Shown: positions 27,736-36,972, counted from the first letter of the stretch. The stretch is 64,000 bases of DNA from Candidatus Ghiorseimicrobium undicola (GCA_002796125.1 PCWA01000035.1:457-64456); one strand, 5' to 3'. Notes: generated from the sequence alone by a model not told the origin. Numbers and translations are program-made.

Positions 27736-28914
27736 ATGAAGAATCAAGAATCAAAAACTGCAGGTTATTTGAAAATTCCCTTAGCCATTAGTTTAATAGT
27801 TCTGGCTTATAATTTAAGTTTCGCCGGGGTGTCCGGGACAGTCCATGACATGTATTCTTTAGGTAAGGGAACAGACCCGAACCCCTGCGGCTATTGCCAT
27901 ATGCCGCATAAGGCCGCAGGAGAGAAAATCTGGTCCGACTGGGGCAATGAGACGCAATTAACCAGCGGTCCATCAACCGCCATAGGTAATATGTGCTATA
28001 CCTGCCATGATGGGACAGTGACTAATGTGGGTTTATCGACAGCGTTTAACGCTTCCCGGCAGCAGCATAAAATACCTGCCGGGCAGGATTGCGATATGTG
28101 CCATAGCGTGCATGATAATACGAACGGAAAGTTTATGAATGTTGTAAAGAAACAGCAAACATATTGCGCCGCCTGCCATGATGCAATAGTTAATGCTGGG
28201 GGGCTTGGCGATATGACTTCAGCTGGAAATCATCCCAGTTATTGGGCGTCTACGCCCGCTCATAATATAAATGGTTCACCCACCGGCGCATTCTGTACGG
28301 CTTGTCATGAACGCGTGCATTATTCTCAATTTGACTGCAGGGGATGTAATTTTTGCCATAAAGCACATGACGGGACTAATTATTCAACCGCGCAAGTGCC
28401 TAATCCGATTTTAAAAGCCGACAATACTGATAGTCAGTATTGTGCCTCATGCCATCCATATAAGATTCAGGCATCAAGCGGTGGTGATAAACATCCGGCA
28501 AACCTTGCGGCAGCTGGCAACTGGGGAAAGGTTATTTGCCATGATTGCCACGATCCGCACCAGCCCGGTGTTACGAACCATCCTTTTATATTAACGGATA
28601 CTAATGTTGATTCGGCAATGTGTATTAATTGCCACGATAATACAGCCGGGCCTGAGATAGGAGTTTCGCATCCGCATCAGATTCCTTTTGGCAGTATAGT
28701 TCCGACTGATGGCTCTGCTGCGGCTGGTACGCCCGCTGCGAATGCAATAGATGATGACGGAGAAGACGGAGTTGATTATCCATTAAATTCAGCTAATCTT
28801 ATTTGTGAGACGTGTCATGGAACACACCGCAGAGTTGATGATGCGGGGACTAAACTACTTAGAATAACCAATACTAATTCGGCATTGTGCCTAAACTGCC
28901 ACACGGATAAATGA
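27736..28914 (+). CDS. Secreted 11-heme cytochrome c, OmcE-like paired-heme family, paralog 3
   Basis: SFA|GV signal; 11 CxxCH; insert contains CTACH and an extra Cys (DCRGCNFCH). Confidence 0.88.
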   Translation: MKNQESKTAGYLKIPLAISLIVLAYNLSFAGVSGTVHDMYSLGKGTDPNPCGYCHMPHKAAGEKIWSDWGNETQLTSGPSTAIGNMCYTCHDGTVTNVGLSTAFNASRQQHKIPAGQDCDMCHSVHDNTNGKFMNVVKKQQTYCAACHDAIVNAGGLGDMTSAGNHPSYWASTPAHNINGSPTGAFCTACHERVHYSQFDCRGCNFCHKAHDGTNYSTAQVPNPILKADNTDSQYCASCHPYKIQASSGGDKHPANLAAAGNWGKVICHDCHDPHQPGVTNHPFILTDTNVDSAMCINCHDNTAGPEIGVSHPHQIPFGSIVPTDGSAAAGTPAANAIDDDGEDGVDYPLNSANLICETCHGTHRRVDDAGTKLLRITNTNSALCLNCHTDK

Positions 28915-30086
28915 TGAAATTAAAAATGAAAAATAAAAAATCTAAAACCGTGACTTATTTTAAAATTCCCTTAGCCGTCAGTTTATTTTTTTTGATTTAT
29001 GATTTAAGTTTTGCGGGGGTGTCTGGGACAGTCCATGATATGTACACACAGGGTAAAGGCACTAGCCAGGAGGTATGCGCTTATTGCCATATTCCTCATC
29101 AGGCCAAAGGTGATAAAATCTGGTCTGACTGGGCAAATGAGGCTCAACTCACCAGCGGCCCGTCAACAACCATAGGCAATATGTGCTATACCTGCCACGA
29201 CGGGACAGTGACCAATATAGGCTTATCAACGGTATTTAATGCTTCGCTGCAGCAGCACGTTATGCCTGCCGGCCAGGATTGCGATATGTGCCATTCTGTG
29301 CACGATAATACTAACGGTAAGTTTATGAATGTCGGCTTAACCGAGAACTATTATTGCGCCAGTTGCCATAATGCTGCGGTAAACGCTGGCGGGCTGGGTG
29401 ATTATACGAATTCAGGAAACCATTTTAATTATGGCGTATATGACGGCGCCCATCCCAAAAGGTTTGGCTCCGGCTGTTATAGCTGCCATTATGATCATAT
29501 GCAAAGCATCGTGAGTTTAGGCAGTTGTAAATTCTGCCATGAAGCTCATGCCGGAGCGAATTATTCTACGCCATCGGTATCTAAACCTATCTTGCGTATT
29601 GATAACACCGATAGCGCATTTTGTATATCTTGTCATCCTGCGATGCAGCAGGCGACGACAGGCGGCAATAAGCATCCCGCTAATTTGACTGCCGGAGGAA
29701 ATTGGGGCATAGTGGATTGCCATGACTGCCATGATGTACATCAGCCGAATAATCCTAATAATCCTTTTATATTACGTAACCAAAATACCGATTCCGGATA
29801 CTGCGCATATTGTCACGAGGCGATTAATGAAACCTATGGGCCTAAAATCGGTAATGGGCATCCGGTAAATATTGCTTTCGGAGCCTATCCTCCGATTGAT
29901 GCGTCTTTGACGCCTGCGGGCAATGCTATAGATGATGACGCATATTACGGGATAGATTATCCGGCAAATTCATCCGATATGATATGCGAAACATGCCATT
30001 CGGTGCATCGAAAGGGCGTGGCAAGCCCTCTATTGCGCATGAGCATTACGGATAGCTCGTTATGCCTTAACTGTCATCAGATGTAA
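28911..30086 (+). CDS. Secreted 11-heme cytochrome c, OmcE-like paired-heme family, paralog 4
   Basis: SFA|GV signal; 11 CxxCH; insert contains CYSCH. Confidence 0.88.
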   Translation: MMKLKMKNKKSKTVTYFKIPLAVSLFFLIYDLSFAGVSGTVHDMYTQGKGTSQEVCAYCHIPHQAKGDKIWSDWANEAQLTSGPSTTIGNMCYTCHDGTVTNIGLSTVFNASLQQHVMPAGQDCDMCHSVHDNTNGKFMNVGLTENYYCASCHNAAVNAGGLGDYTNSGNHFNYGVYDGAHPKRFGSGCYSCHYDHMQSIVSLGSCKFCHEAHAGANYSTPSVSKPILRIDNTDSAFCISCHPAMQQATTGGNKHPANLTAGGNWGIVDCHDCHDVHQPNNPNNPFILRNQNTDSGYCAYCHEAINETYGPKIGNGHPVNIAFGAYPPIDASLTPAGNAIDDDAYYGIDYPANSSDMICETCHSVHRKGVASPLLRMSITDSSLCLNCHQM

Positions 30087-30132
30087 TGCGGTTGTTGGCA
30101 GTGAGTTATGAATTAGGCGAGATAAAAGAAAA

Positions 30133-31572
30133 ATGAAAAGCATAAAAACTTTATTACCTATATTTGTTTTTATTGTCTGTCTTTTTGCTGCCAGCCATGT
30201 TTTTGCTTCACACGGCCAGGGACAAAAATGTTATATGTGCCATCATGCTATGCATAATAATAATTCTCATGTAGTTATAGACCGCAAGGCTGTTGACAAT
30301 GGGCAGATAGCTTGTTATGATTGCCATTCTTCGGCCAGCGCAGTGGCAGCCCCGGACACGGAAAAAGAATTTATAAGCGGCTATTCCCGTCATCCTTTAG
30401 GAAGCGATAGCGAGTGCGTTGTCTGTCATGATTTGGGCAGCAGCCATATAGACGGTAATCTTGATAGTTGGCCGGACATAACCTTGAAAGATCCAGACTC
30501 GGCGGATTCCCATGTGTACACCGGAGTTAAAATTAATGATTTTTGCCTTTCCTGCCATGATAACAGCCCGGTTACTTTAGGCGGGGCGGCGAATGTGCCT
30601 GTAGATTTATCCAGCGCTTATGAATTTACCGGCCACGGTAAAATAAGCATAGATGAGCCTTGTAATTCCTGCCATGAACATCATGCGTCCATGACTAAAC
30701 CCTACTTGATTAAAGATGTAATTAACAGCGCCAATGTTACGGGAAACGATAATAGCGTATGTTTTGCCTGCCATAGTTATTCAGAAGGAATTTATCCCGG
30801 AAAGAATGTTTATTTATCTTCCGAGCACGGCATCCAAAACAAACTTTGCATAGACTGCCACAATCCGCATGGGGACAATAAGGATTTATGTTATTTATGC
30901 CACAACGCGAATTACTCGGCGCATTACAGCACGCAGCGCGATAAGCTTTGCATAGACTGCCATAATCCGCACGAAAAGAACGACTTAAAGATGAACAGGG
31001 AAGACGAGGAAAAGCTTTGTTTTATTTGTCACTCCGGACTGGAAAATGAATTTGGGAATATCCGAGACGGCGTCGGAGGGGCATTTTCTCATCATAAAGT
31101 TGACGATGAAGAATTCGCAGGCGGCAGGGTAGAATGTTTTGACTGCCATAATCCGCATGTAGTTACAAAGCTGAATATCATTAGCGACCCGGAAGATCCT
31201 CTGCTCATGCCCAGGCCTTTTTCAAGCGCGTCATACCGCCAGAGAACGGCAGTTTATGATGATTTTTGCCTTTCCTGCCACGATGGTTCACGCATGGGCG
31301 CAAAGGACATAGCTTCAGAATTAAGCGATGAAAATTATCTGGATAGCGGTTTTACCGAAGACGGCAGCAAGAACCTGCATGCAGAGCACAAGGATAAAAA
31401 TTTTGGATGCCAAAACTGTCATGATGCGCATTCCAGCGACGGAACCGGAGGCATGCAGCGGGGGGCTCTTTTACATGAGGAAATAACAGTAAATGATTGG
31501 GATCCATCCGGCGGATATAATAACGGTAAAAATTCATGCGATACTTCAGCTTTAGGTATGAGCTGTCATTAA
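30133..31572 (+). CDS. Multiheme cytochrome c (13 CxxCH + C-terminal CX8CH)
   Basis: Signal VFA|SH; internal duplications KLCIDCHNPH x2 and DFCLSCHD x2; ends CDTSALGMSCH. Confidence 0.88.
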   Translation: MKSIKTLLPIFVFIVCLFAASHVFASHGQGQKCYMCHHAMHNNNSHVVIDRKAVDNGQIACYDCHSSASAVAAPDTEKEFISGYSRHPLGSDSECVVCHDLGSSHIDGNLDSWPDITLKDPDSADSHVYTGVKINDFCLSCHDNSPVTLGGAANVPVDLSSAYEFTGHGKISIDEPCNSCHEHHASMTKPYLIKDVINSANVTGNDNSVCFACHSYSEGIYPGKNVYLSSEHGIQNKLCIDCHNPHGDNKDLCYLCHNANYSAHYSTQRDKLCIDCHNPHEKNDLKMNREDEEKLCFICHSGLENEFGNIRDGVGGAFSHHKVDDEEFAGGRVECFDCHNPHVVTKLNIISDPEDPLLMPRPFSSASYRQRTAVYDDFCLSCHDGSRMGAKDIASELSDENYLDSGFTEDGSKNLHAEHKDKNFGCQNCHDAHSSDGTGGMQRGALLHEEITVNDWDPSGGYNNGKNSCDTSALGMSCH

Positions 31573-31587
31573 TGTTTAGAATATATA

Positions 31588-33387
31588 ATGCAGAATGTAG
31601 AATGTAAAATTAACGAGGTAGAAGGGATATTACTATTTTTAGGGGTGTTTTTATGCGCTTTTTTATTTCTTTGCAAAAGTTCTTATGCGAATCCGGCAGA
31701 GAATTTAAATATTAATGCCGAATCCGAATATAAATTCAGTGATTTTGAGCGCGATCCGGAACCAGCCTTGTCATCAACCGGAGCGAATCTTTCCCAGGAG
31801 TATAAGTTTTATTTAGAAGGAGGGGTATTAAAAGACGGGTTGCTTGATGCCGAATTAGGAGTGTCCACGCAGGATAAATACAGGCAAAATGATGCGGATT
31901 TTGAAGATAAGGTGCGTTTTGATTACGGCAGGATTCTACGCATAGAAACAGAGACAACTAGAGAAACCGATGAAGAGATATTCTTTTCAGCCACTACTGA
32001 GCCGCAATCCCCGATATATACAATACGTAAAAAGTATGACGGCCGGCTTGCTCTGGACAGCGTATCAGAATTTGAGTATATTTTAGATCAAAACGAGAGG
32101 AATGATTTGCTTCTTGGCACTGTTACCGGAGAAAAAACCAAAACGCAAATTTTGCGTTTTCGTTCTGATAGGGGGCCTTTGAGTTTTGAAAGCGAATACC
32201 GAAAATCTGACTTTGATGACCTTTTGGGCGTACGCAGCGACATCAGTTCCACGGATTTGAATTTTAATCTTTCTTATCGTCCGGTAAAGTATTTTGGTAT
32301 TTCCGGTTTTTTTGAAGAGAGCAAGGATGAGGATTTAGATAGAAGTACGGAGTTAAATTCCCGTAACTCGCGCCTTGAACTTGAGTTAAAGCCCTTAAAT
32401 GAATTAAAATTGCGTAATCGTTTTAATATCCGGGAAGACGAAGATACAAATACCGGCGAAGACATAACCAATACCTCTGATGAGGTTATACTTAATTTTA
32501 TTCCTGTAAAACAGGTTGACTTACAGCTTAACTATAAAAAAGAGGACGAAGATAAAAACAGAGATTCTTCCTCCATTGTTTCCGAGATTGACGAAAAAAA
32601 AGTCCGCCTAAGAATTAAGCCGGTAAGCGAGCTTGACCTGCAATCGGGATATGAAGTGTCGGATAAGTCAAGTAGTTCAGCGGCTGAAAATATCAAAAAT
32701 ACAAAAGTTTATGCCGATATCGCGTTTGAGCCGTTAACAAGTATCCGGCTAAGCACGAATTACACGAATACAACACAAAAAAATACCTTTACTTCTTTGA
32801 CGGAATCTGATACAAAATCTATATTGGCATCCCTTCAGTATAGGGGAGGCGAAAAGCTGTCTTTCTATTTTCAGGCGGATACAAGTAAAACCGATAATCC
32901 TTCAACGGGGGCGTTTACAAAGACAGATACCCTAAGTTCAAATTTAAATATCGATCTTTTTTCATTTCTTGATGTAGTTGCCCGTAGCAGCCTGCAGGAA
33001 ACCAGCGGATCTTCCGCTTCTGCTTTGGCAAAACGGCTGCTTAGCTCGATAGAATTCAATGCTCGGATTTTTGATAACCTGAAGCTTTCTACTGAGTATG
33101 AATTTATTGATTCAAGCGGAGCGTCTGCTTCAAATGAAGATTTATTTGATGTAGCGGTATTTTACAATATTGGAAAATTTGATTTTTCCTTGCGCCTCCA
33201 GAAGCGGGATGTAGCAGGAGTTAATGCCTTAGATAAAACAACGGTGTTGAGTAATATTAAATACAGATTTACAAAAAACGCGGTATTGAGTTTCAGGTTT
33301 TCCTTAATAGATTTCAGCGATAAAGAGATGGCGGCGAATAGCTATGACTCCACCACGCTGGAGAGTATTTTATCCATGAGGTTCTGA
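31588..33387 (+). CDS. Large outer-membrane beta-barrel (porin of a porin-cytochrome conduit, or export channel)
   Basis: Signal SYA|N; alternating amphipathic strands with periodic Y/F-x-P turns; acidic loops; C-terminal Phe (ILSMRF); flanked by multiheme cytochromes. Confidence 0.75.
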   Translation: MQNVECKINEVEGILLFLGVFLCAFLFLCKSSYANPAENLNINAESEYKFSDFERDPEPALSSTGANLSQEYKFYLEGGVLKDGLLDAELGVSTQDKYRQNDADFEDKVRFDYGRILRIETETTRETDEEIFFSATTEPQSPIYTIRKKYDGRLALDSVSEFEYILDQNERNDLLLGTVTGEKTKTQILRFRSDRGPLSFESEYRKSDFDDLLGVRSDISSTDLNFNLSYRPVKYFGISGFFEESKDEDLDRSTELNSRNSRLELELKPLNELKLRNRFNIREDEDTNTGEDITNTSDEVILNFIPVKQVDLQLNYKKEDEDKNRDSSSIVSEIDEKKVRLRIKPVSELDLQSGYEVSDKSSSSAAENIKNTKVYADIAFEPLTSIRLSTNYTNTTQKNTFTSLTESDTKSILASLQYRGGEKLSFYFQADTSKTDNPSTGAFTKTDTLSSNLNIDLFSFLDVVARSSLQETSGSSASALAKRLLSSIEFNARIFDNLKLSTEYEFIDSSGASASNEDLFDVAVFYNIGKFDFSLRLQKRDVAGVNALDKTTVLSNIKYRFTKNAVLSFRFSLIDFSDKEMAANSYDSTTLESILSMRF

Positions 33388-34331
33388 TGGAATATCAAAT
33401 ACCGAATATTGAAAATCAAAAATACAGATCTATTATTTTTTTGATTTTTATATTTGTTTCTTTGCAGCTTGCGTTTTTTATAGATAAAAATACTGCCTTT
33501 GCCGAAGGGCTAAAGAATCTTAATGATGACTGCCGCGGCTGTCATCAAATAGAAGTTGAAAGTTTTGATTTAACTTTACACTCAGCGGAGATTGATTGTG
33601 CTGCCTGCCATGGTGATGTTAAAAAACATTTAAGCGAAAGCGATAAAAAAGGCAATATAATTAATCCCGCTAATTACGCGTTAAAAAAGGCAAATGCCGT
33701 ATGCCTGCTTTGTCATACGGAAAAAGAAAGAGATGTCCGCGATAAATTCAGGGCGGTTGCTAATCTGCATGATGATATAGCGTGTTTTAGGTGCCATGTT
33801 GTTCATTTGACTGCTGTAGATGCTCCGGTAAGCGATATTGACGGTTTTAGAGATGATTTATCTATAGATTGCGCCTTCTGCCATGATGACCAGGGCCGGA
33901 TTTTTAGCGAGTCGGAGCATGCCTCTTCAGGCCTGATATGTTCCGATTGCCATCTGCTGCATAAGATAAGTACCATAAGCCAGGATATTGAAGAGCAGAT
34001 TGAAAAATGCCTTTCATGCCATCCTCAGCAGCAGCTGGAATTTAAATACCCCTATCCGCATCCATTAAGAGAGCGGCAAATTAAATGTTCGGATTGCCAT
34101 AATCCGCACGGTTGGCAATTTGATAAAATGCTAAAAAAAGACGGCGATAGGGTTTGCGCGGATTGCCATGCCGACGTGGCCATAGAAGGAGGCAGGCATC
34201 CCGCGGGTAAAAACGCGGACCATCCGTTCGGCACTGTAGCGTGTATGGATTGCCACAGGCCGCACGGCTCAATTTTTGATAAAATTTTAATACATAATAT
34301 TGATAGTATTTGCCAAACCTGCCATAATTAG
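33387..34331 (+). CDS. 11-heme cytochrome c, DmsE/MtrA-like
   Basis: 11 CxxCH; MtrA/DmsE-type motifs ANAVCLLCH, F..PYPHPLRE..IKCSDCHNPHG, CMDCHRPHGS; translationally coupled to the barrel gene. Confidence 0.8.
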   Translation: MEYQIPNIENQKYRSIIFLIFIFVSLQLAFFIDKNTAFAEGLKNLNDDCRGCHQIEVESFDLTLHSAEIDCAACHGDVKKHLSESDKKGNIINPANYALKKANAVCLLCHTEKERDVRDKFRAVANLHDDIACFRCHVVHLTAVDAPVSDIDGFRDDLSIDCAFCHDDQGRIFSESEHASSGLICSDCHLLHKISTISQDIEEQIEKCLSCHPQQQLEFKYPYPHPLRERQIKCSDCHNPHGWQFDKMLKKDGDRVCADCHADVAIEGGRHPAGKNADHPFGTVACMDCHRPHGSIFDKILIHNIDSICQTCHN

Positions 34332-34392
34332 GAATACGGATTATGGCGGATAATATATACGGATGCATACGGATTAAATATGGGAGGATTGA

Positions 34393-35250
34393 ATGTATAA
34401 GAACATGAAATGCAAAATATTACTGGTTACGAGTTACTGGCTGCTGGTTACTTTCTTTATTGGCTGCGCGAGCGGGCCATCAAGTTATTGGCGGCCTAAG
34501 CATTTCTCGCGCTCTAAGTACATAAAGGTTGCCATAGTGCCTTTTACAAATCTCAGTAAAGAAAAGGAAGCTGATCAAAGGATAGCCTATTCATTGATAA
34601 CGCATCTTCTCAATACGCATTATTTTAATGTTGTTGAAATGGGGGAAGTGCAAAGGGCTTTGAAGGAAGCCAAGGTGCGCAAGGATGAGGGCCTCTCGGT
34701 AGAGGAAATTAAAAAAATCGGCCGGCTGATTGATGTAGAAGCCTTGCTTATGGGCGCGGTAGAAGAGTATAAGATTGATTCCAGCACTTTACTTGGAGAA
34801 AAAGTATTTGTGCCGGAAGTGTCGATTAACGCGAGGTTAGTCTCTACTGAAGACGCCGAGATAATCTGGGCCGCGAATCACCATCGCAGAGGGGATGACA
34901 GGGTAACTGTGTTTGGGATGGGCAGAATTGACTCTATCAGCGAATTGACAGATGTTATTATAAAGAACATTGTTAATTCTTTGCTTAAAGTGGCAAAAAG
35001 CAAGAGGAGCGCGCTTACCGGGTTAAAACGAAGCGTTATTTTGGAGGATGTCCCAGACGAGGAATTAGAAAATACCGTTTTGGATATTAAGCCTGCCTTA
35101 CGCGAAGATGTCATGGATAAGGCAATGGAAAGCGTAAAAACGGCGTCAAAAGATTCCTCAAGCGCGATAGCGCCTAAAACAGAAGATTCAAAGGCAAAAA
35201 TAAAAAGCGATTACAAAAGAGAGTATGAGCGTGTAAAAAAACAATTTTAA
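34393..35250 (+). CDS. Lipoprotein, CsgG/LpoB/DUF799-like fold
   Basis: Lipobox FIG|C; KVAIVPFTNLS, FNVVE, KIGRLIDVEALLMGAVEEY, VSINARLVSTEDAEIIW. Confidence 0.75.
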   Translation: MYKNMKCKILLVTSYWLLVTFFIGCASGPSSYWRPKHFSRSKYIKVAIVPFTNLSKEKEADQRIAYSLITHLLNTHYFNVVEMGEVQRALKEAKVRKDEGLSVEEIKKIGRLIDVEALLMGAVEEYKIDSSTLLGEKVFVPEVSINARLVSTEDAEIIWAANHHRRGDDRVTVFGMGRIDSISELTDVIIKNIVNSLLKVAKSKRSALTGLKRSVILEDVPDEELENTVLDIKPALREDVMDKAMESVKTASKDSSSAIAPKTEDSKAKIKSDYKREYERVKKQF

Positions 35251-35259
35251 TATATAATC

Positions 35260-35694
35260 ATGACAAGATTTTCCGGGAAAATAATTATATTTTGTTTGAT
35301 ATCGCTTGTAGCGGTTATTTCCTATAGCATTAGCCAGGAAATTTTAAATTCCGGAGAGGACTGCATTAAATGCCATGATCCGGCACTTGGCCCGCAAAGA
35401 AATTTTGTCCATCCGTTAATAAGAGAACATAAGTGCCGTGCTTGTCATATTGATTACGACGCCGAAGAACATATAGAAGGCGATAAGCCCCAAATAGATG
35501 TATGCGCAGGGTGCCATCCGGAGGAAAACCTCGGGCGTTCTCATCCTATTGGCAGCGGGATTACTGACCCTAATACCAATGATACGATGACCTGTGTTTC
35601 CACATGCCATAGGATGCACGGTACGGATTTTAAGCAGCTTGTCCCTTTTAAAAATAATATGGAGCTATGTTTAAGTTGCCATGAAGACTTTTAA
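35260..35694 (+). CDS. Small pentaheme cytochrome c (4 CxxCH + CX3CH)
   Basis: CIKCH, CRACH, CAGCH, CVSTCH, CLSCH; N-terminal signal. Confidence 0.85.
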   Translation: MTRFSGKIIIFCLISLVAVISYSISQEILNSGEDCIKCHDPALGPQRNFVHPLIREHKCRACHIDYDAEEHIEGDKPQIDVCAGCHPEENLGRSHPIGSGITDPNTNDTMTCVSTCHRMHGTDFKQLVPFKNNMELCLSCHEDF

Positions 35695-35742
35695 AATAAG
35701 AGTAGGTAGTATTGATTATCATTGCTTTGGAAGGGAGATAAG

Positions 35743-36321
35743 ATGGAAAATAAGAGCTTTAAGAGAAGAAACTATTTTTTAAAAGATAGCCCCCAGCCTG
35801 GATTAATCGTAAAGACATACCTGATCCTGTTTATTATTATGCTTGTTTCAGGGGTGGTATTTTACTTTATCGGAAACAAAAATTTGTCCCGGGAATTTTT
35901 TCAGGCGCATTCGGTAATAAAGACAACCATGCATCTTCTCCTGCCGTCGCTGATTTTAATTAACCTGATTGCCATCCTAGGCTCGGCTTTTATGGTAATA
36001 AATTTTACGCATTCCGTGGCAGGCCCGATATACCGCTTAAAACACATATCCGAAAAAGTGGCGAATGGCGATTTGACTTTAAAAGTACATTTTCGCAAAA
36101 AAGATACAATCCATCAGCTGGCAGAAATAATAAACCATATTATCAAAGGGCTGCATTTACGCCTCAAAGAGTTTGACGGTTCATTAGCGAAACTGCGCGA
36201 TTTGTCGGAACAGATAAATAATCTGGATAAGCTTTCCTATGATGAATTGGCGCATTTAAAGAAGAAGCTTTTAGCGGTTAGCTTGGAGTTTGAGAAAGAA
36301 ATAGAAAAATTTAAGCTCTAG
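35743..36321 (+). CDS. Two-TM HAMP-domain membrane protein (MCP-like, no signalling domain)
   Basis: KRRNYF N-terminus, two TM helices, THSVAGPIYRL...VANGDLTLKVHFRKKD HAMP, short coiled coil. Start at ATG 35743 after AAGGGAG. Confidence 0.75.
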   Translation: MENKSFKRRNYFLKDSPQPGLIVKTYLILFIIMLVSGVVFYFIGNKNLSREFFQAHSVIKTTMHLLLPSLILINLIAILGSAFMVINFTHSVAGPIYRLKHISEKVANGDLTLKVHFRKKDTIHQLAEIINHIIKGLHLRLKEFDGSLAKLRDLSEQINNLDKLSYDELAHLKKKLLAVSLEFEKEIEKFKL

Positions 36322-36366
36322 GCCTTTGGCGAAGAATCCTGTCATTAAACCTTCCTAATTTACCTT

Positions 36367-36394
36367 TTGCGCTAACTTTATTTCGTGGTATAAT
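36367..36394 (+). promoter_or_regulatory. Sigma70-type promoter
   Basis: TTGCGC ... TGG-TATAAT (36389-36394). Confidence 0.55.
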
Positions 36395-36456
36395 CAAAAT
36401 TGTTAATCGGCTGTTTTTTTATCTTGCGCGCGCGCAGGATTTATTATGGAGGATAT

Positions 36457-36972
36457 ATGGAAAGCAAGCCTATTAAAGGGCTTATATTAGCGCTGGTGTT
36501 TTTGTCTTTAGGCGGTTTATTGCTGCATTTGCGGATACACCCGGTTTTTGAGGATGGCGTATTGGAATGGGAGTATTTGATACCGCCGGCATTTGGATTG
36601 TTGACGGTTATTCTTTTACCCTTTTTGTTTTGGCGAAAAGATACCGCTGATTTAGCCTATCTTTTAGCCGGCGTTAGCGTAATTTTCGGCATAATCATAA
36701 TGAGCCATTTGTCTATTGTCAATTGGCAGGGGGGAATTACAATTTTTAAGGTTTTATTTACGACCACGCTGGCGGATTCTTTGATGCTTTTGTCTAAATT
36801 TTTTGTTGCCAGGGCTATATTTAACGGTTATTATCCTGAAAGGACAACCTTGAATTATAAATTCCCGCAAAATTTCAGGTTTCTCTTTGACGGCTGGTGG
36901 CTGCTTCATTTTATAGCGATCGGCACAGTTTATTCTTTAGGTGTTGTTCTATCCGTACGAGGTGTGATATGA
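36457..36972 (+). CDS. Hypothetical multi-TM membrane protein with His residues in TM helices
   Basis: Start ATG 36457 after GGAGG; LGGLLLHLRIHP, IMSHLS, GWWLLHFIAI. Confidence 0.75.
   Translation: MESKPIKGLILALVFLSLGGLLLHLRIHPVFEDGVLEWEYLIPPAFGLLTVILLPFLFWRKDTADLAYLLAGVSVIFGIIIMSHLSIVNWQGGITIFKVLFTTTLADSLMLLSKFFVARAIFNGYYPERTTLNYKFPQNFRFLFDGWWLLHFIAIGTVYSLGVVLSVRGVI

Noticed and set aside
25218-30086. Diversity-generating retroelement acting on the cytochrome paralogs
   Set aside because: No reverse transcriptase in the window, and the differences between shared blocks are not adenine-specific; paralogy with recombination explains them.
19869-35694. Magnetosome, anammox (Hzs/Hao) or NrfA gene cluster
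   Set aside because: No mam-like genes or PDZ/magnetochrome architecture, no CxxCK motif, and no Hao-sized octaheme pattern recognised.
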